A DNA stretch of 34,346 nucleotides from a virus (Duplodnaviria; Caudoviricetes): positions 1 to 34,346 of the IMG/VR virus record IMGVR_UViG_3300027769_000079; one strand, given 5' to 3'. This document shows positions 29,093 to 34,346 of the stretch, piece after piece. Under the pieces are notes generated by a model, which saw only the letters and a program-made list of their open reading frames with translations, made no database searches and had not been told where the DNA came from. Positions within the stretch are counted from its first letter, which is position 1; each line of letters starts with the position of its first letter. A program made the translations under genes and the position numbers.

Positions 29093-29393
29093 AGAACCAT
29101 ACATTCTGCTATCAATATACTCTGGTCTTTATGAAGAGCTTTATAAAACAAAGCCAACAATAAATAGGTATAAAGAAAAGTGGGCTATGCAAGATGTTAT
29201 AGACAGCATAGGGTTTGATCGTGCAAGAGATGTACTAAGTTATTATTTTCAAACTGGGAAAAATAGACACCCTTTAAATTTCTTTTATAATAATTTTGAA
29301 AGAATAGAAGACATGATGATGCAGATTAAAGAAGATAAGGCTAATAGAAGCCGTATGCTAAAGGAGACAAAGAAAATGGTTGAGGAAAACTAA
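29079..29393 (+). CDS. Hypothetical protein upstream of helicase
   Basis: Likely GTG start at 29079 after GAGGA; coupled to the helicase by TAATG. Confidence 0.65.
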   Translation: MAVNKEPYILLSIYSGLYEELYKTKPTINRYKEKWAMQDVIDSIGFDRARDVLSYYFQTGKNRHPLNFFYNNFERIEDMMMQIKEDKANRSRMLKETKKMVEEN

Positions 29394-30628
29394 TGAATAC
29401 AGAGGCAGAGCTGCTCTCAGCAGTTTGCAAGAATAAAGATATTAGTACCATACTCGCCGACAATTCGGACGACCTGTTTGTTTCACATAAGGATATATGG
29501 GAGGGGCTAAAGTCATACTACTATAAGTTTAGAGCAGTTCCAGAAGTTGGAATCCTTCAAGATAAGTTTAAAGACTTTGAACCAGTTGAAACAAAAGGAG
29601 AGACTGGGTACTATTTAGACAAGCTTAAAAATGAATTCGTAGGCAACAAGCTAAAGACAATTCTTATGCAGGCAGGCTCTTCTTTAAAAGAAGATGCACC
29701 TTCCAGAGTTTTGGGAACAATGCAGTCTCAACTTGCAAACTTAAGCCGATACACGAATAACGTTAAAGACTTAGATATCACAGATTTAGATTCAGCAGAG
29801 AGACACTATGAGTCAGTAAGAACTAGATCTTTAGCAATGGGAGGAAGCCCAGGAATCCTAACTGGCTTTGATGCAATTGATAAAGCTTATCCAACTGGAA
29901 TGGCTCCAGGACACCTTATTGTTGCTATTGGTTGGCCAGGACGTGGTAAGACTTGGTTTACGTCCTACCTTGCATGCAAAGCTTGGGAGCAAGGTTTTAA
30001 GCCAATGATTGTTTCGCTTGAGATGGCTCCAGAAAATATGCGAGATAGAATTTATACTATGCTTGGCTCTGGATTGTTTAGAGCAAGCGACCTTTCTAAA
30101 GGTGACATTAACATTGATGATTTTAAAACTTGGGGAAAGAAAAAAACTGAGGGCAAAAATAGTTTTATCCTTGTCTCTAATGAAGGTGCAGGAGAAGTAA
30201 CTCCAGCAACTATTCAGGGAAAGATTGATCAGCATAAGCCAGACCTAGTTATTCTAGATTATCACCAGCTATTTAATGATAATAAGCGAAGTAATTCTGA
30301 AGTTGAAAGAAATAGAAATATTTCAAGAGACTTTAAGCTGCTTGCAGTAACAAATGGAATTCCTATTATTGATATTACGGCTGCAACTGCAGATGATATT
30401 TCAGATCAGAAGGAGCCTCCAATGATGAGTCAGGTTGCATGGTCAAAGGCAATTGAGTACGATGCTGACATGGCTATTGCTATTCATAAGCATGCCAACA
30501 CTGATTTAATTGAGGTAGTTTCAAGAAAGAATAGGCACGGGCATGACTTTAGATTCTTCCTTGATTGGGATATTAACAGAGGTGTTATTACTCCAATTTA
30601 CGAAGATCTACCAGAGTTGAGCAAGTGA
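29393..30628 (+). CDS. dnaB: DnaB-like replicative helicase
   Basis: Walker A GWPGRGKT, SLEM, LVILDYHQL, IEYDAD, KNRHG. Confidence 0.93.
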   Translation: MNTEAELLSAVCKNKDISTILADNSDDLFVSHKDIWEGLKSYYYKFRAVPEVGILQDKFKDFEPVETKGETGYYLDKLKNEFVGNKLKTILMQAGSSLKEDAPSRVLGTMQSQLANLSRYTNNVKDLDITDLDSAERHYESVRTRSLAMGGSPGILTGFDAIDKAYPTGMAPGHLIVAIGWPGRGKTWFTSYLACKAWEQGFKPMIVSLEMAPENMRDRIYTMLGSGLFRASDLSKGDINIDDFKTWGKKKTEGKNSFILVSNEGAGEVTPATIQGKIDQHKPDLVILDYHQLFNDNKRSNSEVERNRNISRDFKLLAVTNGIPIIDITAATADDISDQKEPPMMSQVAWSKAIEYDADMAIAIHKHANTDLIEVVSRKNRHGHDFRFFLDWDINRGVITPIYEDLPELSK

Positions 30629-30915
30629 CCCATCAAAATATTAAAAGGTTTCAGATAAGAGTTGAGTTTTTAGATGATTCAGATATGATCAGAATAAAAA
30701 AGCAATACGAAGATCTTTTAGTAAATCAAATGAAAGATGCTGGGTACTCAAGAGTACTTGACATAGACCCAGCCTTTTCGGTAGAATTTGACGGAGAGAC
30801 ATGGGAGTTCTTAATGACTTTACATGGAGTATATGTAGGAAAGAAGAAGGCATGGCAATTAGAGGGTATAACCCAAGGCAAGCTGATACATCGGAATACA
30901 CCCATGCCCACATAA
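30625..30915 (+). CDS. Hypothetical protein
   Basis: 96 aa, GTGA overlap with the helicase; overlaps the primase start. Confidence 0.65.
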   Translation: MTHQNIKRFQIRVEFLDDSDMIRIKKQYEDLLVNQMKDAGYSRVLDIDPAFSVEFDGETWEFLMTLHGVYVGKKKAWQLEGITQGKLIHRNTPMPT

Positions 30916-31856
30916 AGTCAATAGTACAAAGCCTTGGGATAGACATAGTTGGAGAAACATCAAATGATTATTTGGCTTATTGTCCATTTCATTCAAACAG
31001 ACACACATCAAGTTTTAGCATAAGTAAAACAAAAGGTGCCTATATTTGCTTTAACCCTTCATGCGGAGAGACTGGCACTATAAATGATTTAGTTAAAAGA
31101 ATTTTAAACAAAAATGAATTTCAGTCTTTAAGGTATATTGAATCAAAACAACTAGAGGCGTTTGAAAATTTTGACGAATCCCTTAAGGATATCCTTGAAG
31201 ACAAGCCAGACTTTATAGAATTTTCAGAAGAAACATTGAAAAATTTGTACAATGGGCTTTTGGGTAGCGATAAGGCAAAAGCATATTTAAAATCTCGTAG
31301 TATTGATTTAGAATCAATTGCATATTTTTCTCTAGGGTATTCAGACAATATGGACATGATAACTGTACCAGTACATAGTCCAGACGGAATTCCAGTTGGA
31401 GTTGTAGGAAGATCAATATCTGATAAAAGATTTAAGAATAGTAAAGATCTTCCAAGAAGCAAAACAATGTTTAATATACACCGTGCTAAAAAAGTTGGAG
31501 ACAGAGTTATAGTTGTTGAGTCAAGCTTTGATGCAATACGAGTTCATCAGGCAGGATTTCCAAATGTTGTTGCTACGCTTGGTGGTCATATATCTGGAGA
31601 TAACCTTAAGCTATTAAATAGATATTTTAATACGGTAATAATAATGACAGATGCAGATCAGGCTGGCAGAGATCTCGGTTCGGCAATTGCTTATAAATTA
31701 AACAATAAAAACATCTTGTGGGCCTCTCACTCTTATGGTAGAATATATCCAGAGGGTGTAAAGGATGCTGGTGATATGTCCGATGAAGACATTAAGTCCT
31801 GCATAACAAATGCCATATCTAATTTTGAATATATATCTGGGATTCAAGAAAAATAA
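30852..31856 (+). CDS. dnaG: DNA primase (zinc finger + TOPRIM)
   Basis: CPFH...SF...CFNPSCG zinc finger; TOPRIM VVESSFDA and MTDADQAG. Likely start ATG 30852. Confidence 0.9.
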   Translation: MAIRGYNPRQADTSEYTHAHIKSIVQSLGIDIVGETSNDYLAYCPFHSNRHTSSFSISKTKGAYICFNPSCGETGTINDLVKRILNKNEFQSLRYIESKQLEAFENFDESLKDILEDKPDFIEFSEETLKNLYNGLLGSDKAKAYLKSRSIDLESIAYFSLGYSDNMDMITVPVHSPDGIPVGVVGRSISDKRFKNSKDLPRSKTMFNIHRAKKVGDRVIVVESSFDAIRVHQAGFPNVVATLGGHISGDNLKLLNRYFNTVIIMTDADQAGRDLGSAIAYKLNNKNILWASHSYGRIYPEGVKDAGDMSDEDIKSCITNAISNFEYISGIQEK

Positions 31857-31896
31857 ACAGGCGAATATATATCGTCAATATAAAAGGAGAATACAA

Positions 31897-32571
31897 ATGA
31901 GTATAGTAAAAGGTCTAAAAGACTTAAACAAGGCATTAGATAAGCCTACGTATACAGCAAGTGATGACAACAAAGGTCGTTGGTTTAAAATTGAAGATGG
32001 TGAAAGCGTAAAGATTCGTTTCTTGCAAGAGCTTGATCCAGACTCACCGCACTATAACGAAAAATTTGGTTGTGGATTTATTGCTCTTGAGCACACTAAT
32101 CCAAAAGACTATCGCAGAAAAGCTTTAGATACAATGGAGCTAGAAGGACGTGACTGGGCAAACGAACAGCACCGCAAGGACCCAAAGGCTGGCTGGAAGG
32201 CTAGAGCAAGACTGTACATTAATGTTTTAGTTGATGACGGTAAAGAAGCTCCTTACGTAGCCATTCTTTCTCAAGGCACAAGTGGTAAGGCAATTACTCC
32301 AACACTAATTGAGTACGCTGGTGAAATTGGAAGTATCACAAATCTAATGTGGCGCATAAAGCGTACTGGAACAAAGACAGACACAAGCTATACAATAATC
32401 CCATTAGCAAAAGATGAGACACCTTTTGATGTTTCTGGAATTGAATTATTTGATCTTGAAAAGTCAGCAGTTCGACATGTACCATACGACGAGCAGGAAG
32501 CGTTTTATACTGGAGATGCAAATACAGAATCAAAAGAATCATCTTCAACAAGTAGCAGTGTAGACTGGTAA
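31897..32571 (+). CDS. Single-stranded DNA-binding protein (gp32-like)
   Basis: SD AAGGAG before ATG 31897. WFKIEDGESVKIRFL and IKRTGTKTDTSYTIIP motifs, acidic/Ser tail ending in W, lies between primase and polymerase. Confidence 0.75.
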   Translation: MSIVKGLKDLNKALDKPTYTASDDNKGRWFKIEDGESVKIRFLQELDPDSPHYNEKFGCGFIALEHTNPKDYRRKALDTMELEGRDWANEQHRKDPKAGWKARARLYINVLVDDGKEAPYVAILSQGTSGKAITPTLIEYAGEIGSITNLMWRIKRTGTKTDTSYTIIPLAKDETPFDVSGIELFDLEKSAVRHVPYDEQEAFYTGDANTESKESSSTSSSVDW

Positions 32572-32596
32572 CAGAGAGCATAGGCGGAGAATTAAG

Positions 32597-34346
32597 TTGA
32601 ACTTCACACATTTACATGTGCATTCTTTCTATTCATTAATGGATGGGCTTAATTCTCCTGCCGAGCTTGTAAAAGCCGCAAAAGAATCTGGTCAGACTTC
32701 TTTAGCAATTACTGACCATGGAACATTGTCTTCTCACCGTGAAATGCAGATTGCATGCAAAGAACATGGAGTTAAGCCTATCCTAGGAGTAGAAGCATAT
32801 ATTTCACCTACAGATAGATTTGATAGATCTTCAAAAACTGACAAGTCTATTCAGGCTTACAATCATATTATTCTTTTAGCTAAAAATAAAAAAGGCTTAG
32901 AAAATATAAACACACTACAAGAGCTTGCTTGGACAGAAGGCTTTTACCATAAGCCAAGAATTGATAGAGAGGTGTTAAAAGAATATGCAGAAGGTATTAT
33001 TGTACTTAGCGGATGCCTTAATGGTCTTATTAGTAAATGCATCGAAAAGGGTGAGTTTTCAGAAGCAAAGCTTATACTCAAAGATTTTAAGCAAGCTTTT
33101 CAAGAAGATTTTTATGTGGAGGTTCAGTCTCATAATCCGAAGGAAATAAATTCTAAGCTTCTTGAGCTTGCAGATGAACTTAAAATTAAGGTGGTAGCAA
33201 CAGGAGATGCTCACTTTGCCAAAGAAGAAGATAGAGTACTAGAGGAAGCAATGCTTATTCTATCAACATCTCCTAAGTCAGATAAAGATGCAGACTTTGA
33301 AATGTCTAGACAAATGCCAGACATGCTAGATAGATTTAATTACTTGTATCCAGACCGCCGAATATCATTCCAAGACTATAATCTATTTATTCAAAGTAGG
33401 TCTGAAATTGAGGCGGACTTTAATAATGCAGGTATTACTCGTACAGATATATATGATAATACAATGGAAATTGCTGACAAGATTGAAGAGTATGACTTCC
33501 ATGAGGGGTTAGATCTGTTACCTATCCCAAAGACCAATGCTGACAAGAAACTGTCTGATATGGCCTTAGAAGGCCTTAAAAGACTATCTCTGGACAAAGA
33601 TCAGGTCTACTTAGATAGAATTGCAGAAGAGTTATCTATAATTAAAGATAAGGCATTTGCCTCATATTTCCTAGTTGTAGCAGACATGATTACTTGGGCT
33701 AAGTCAAATAATATTATGGTTGGTCCAGGTCGTGGATCTGCAGCTGGCTCATTAGTTTGCTATGCCCTTGGAATTACAGATGTGGACCCAATTAAATATG
33801 ATCTACTGTTCTTTCGATTTATTAATCCAGAACGCAATGACTTTCCAGATATTGATACCGACTTTGAAGACCGTCGTCGCAAAGAGGTTAAGGATTACTT
33901 AAAGAAAAAGTTTAAGCACGTTGCATCAATTTCTACATTTACTTACTTTAAAGATAAAGGTGTTATTAGAGATGCTGCTAGAGTATTTATGGTGCCACTT
34001 TCAGATGTTAATCGTGCAATGAAATCAATTGATACGTTTGAAGATTTTATGGATTCTCCTAATACAAAAGAGTTTAGGGCAAAGTACCCAGAAGTAACTT
34101 GGCTTGCAGAAAGACTTCGTGGAAAGATTCGAAGTGTTGGAGTACATGCAGCAGGTGTCGTAGTAGCAAAAGATGATTTAAGAAAGTACGCACCAATAGA
34201 GTCTAGGGCCGATGCAAATGATGAAGTCTCTGGAAGAATTCCAGTCGTGGCATACGATATGGATACGGTTGCAGATATAGGTCTTATTAAGCTAGATGCC
34301 CTAGGTCTTAAGACTTTATCTGTGATCTCTGACACTTTAAAATCAA
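32597..34346 (+). CDS. dnaE: DNA polymerase III alpha subunit (3' truncated by window; absent from ORF track)
   Basis: TTG 32597 after GGAG: MNFTHLHVHSFYSLMDG, ITDHG, GPGRGSAAGSLVCYALGIT, RFINPERNDFPDIDTDF, GVHAAGVV, GLIKLDALGL. Confidence 0.95.
   Translation, partial: MNFTHLHVHSFYSLMDGLNSPAELVKAAKESGQTSLAITDHGTLSSHREMQIACKEHGVKPILGVEAYISPTDRFDRSSKTDKSIQAYNHIILLAKNKKGLENINTLQELAWTEGFYHKPRIDREVLKEYAEGIIVLSGCLNGLISKCIEKGEFSEAKLILKDFKQAFQEDFYVEVQSHNPKEINSKLLELADELKIKVVATGDAHFAKEEDRVLEEAMLILSTSPKSDKDADFEMSRQMPDMLDRFNYLYPDRRISFQDYNLFIQSRSEIEADFNNAGITRTDIYDNTMEIADKIEEYDFHEGLDLLPIPKTNADKKLSDMALEGLKRLSLDKDQVYLDRIAEELSIIKDKAFASYFLVVADMITWAKSNNIMVGPGRGSAAGSLVCYALGITDVDPIKYDLLFFRFINPERNDFPDIDTDFEDRRRKEVKDYLKKKFKHVASISTFTYFKDKGVIRDAARVFMVPLSDVNRAMKSIDTFEDFMDSPNTKEFRAKYPEVTWLAERLRGKIRSVGVHAAGVVVAKDDLRKYAPIESRADANDEVSGRIPVVAYDMDTVADIGLIKLDALGLKTLSVISDTLKS

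Noticed and set aside
396-34335. Numerous minus-strand and short alternative-frame ORFs in the ORF track (e.g. 15274..15873, 22104..22700, 9651..10127, 33943..34335)
   Set aside because: All lie within long + strand genes that have recognisable motifs, and none shows a protein motif I recognise; they are antisense or off-frame shadows.
29393-34346. Inteins in DnaB or DnaE
   Set aside because: Motif spacing and lengths are normal within the visible portion.
1-34346. tRNA, rRNA, integrase/transposase or lysis genes
   Set aside because: Intergenic gaps are short and contain no cloverleaf-like sequence that I could see, and no ORF shows the relevant motifs in this window.

Overview
AT-rich segment of a large tailed (siphovirus-like) phage genome, with every credible gene on the + strand. 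Gene order and protein motifs resemble, from recall rather than a search, large actinophages (Streptomyces BE/BK-type and uncultured freshwater relatives). Order: end of the major capsid gene, head-tail joining genes, major tail protein, a tail assembly chaperone with a -1 frameshift, a 3751-aa tape measure protein (TMP), minor tail/fibre genes, then a metallophosphoesterase and a replication module (DnaB helicase, primase, SSB, DnaE polymerase running off the end). The standout is the TMP. Besides its helical scaffold it carries two clusters of modules delimited by repeated (F/Y/R/M)-x-x-G-G motifs. These include two PI3/4-kinase/HipA-like domains, an ADP-ribosyltransferase-like domain and a possible nuclease-like module, two of them preceded by a shared pre-toxin-like segment. 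This suggests a TMP used as a modular effector-injection platform. All domain calls come from motif reading by eye and need HMM or structure confirmation.
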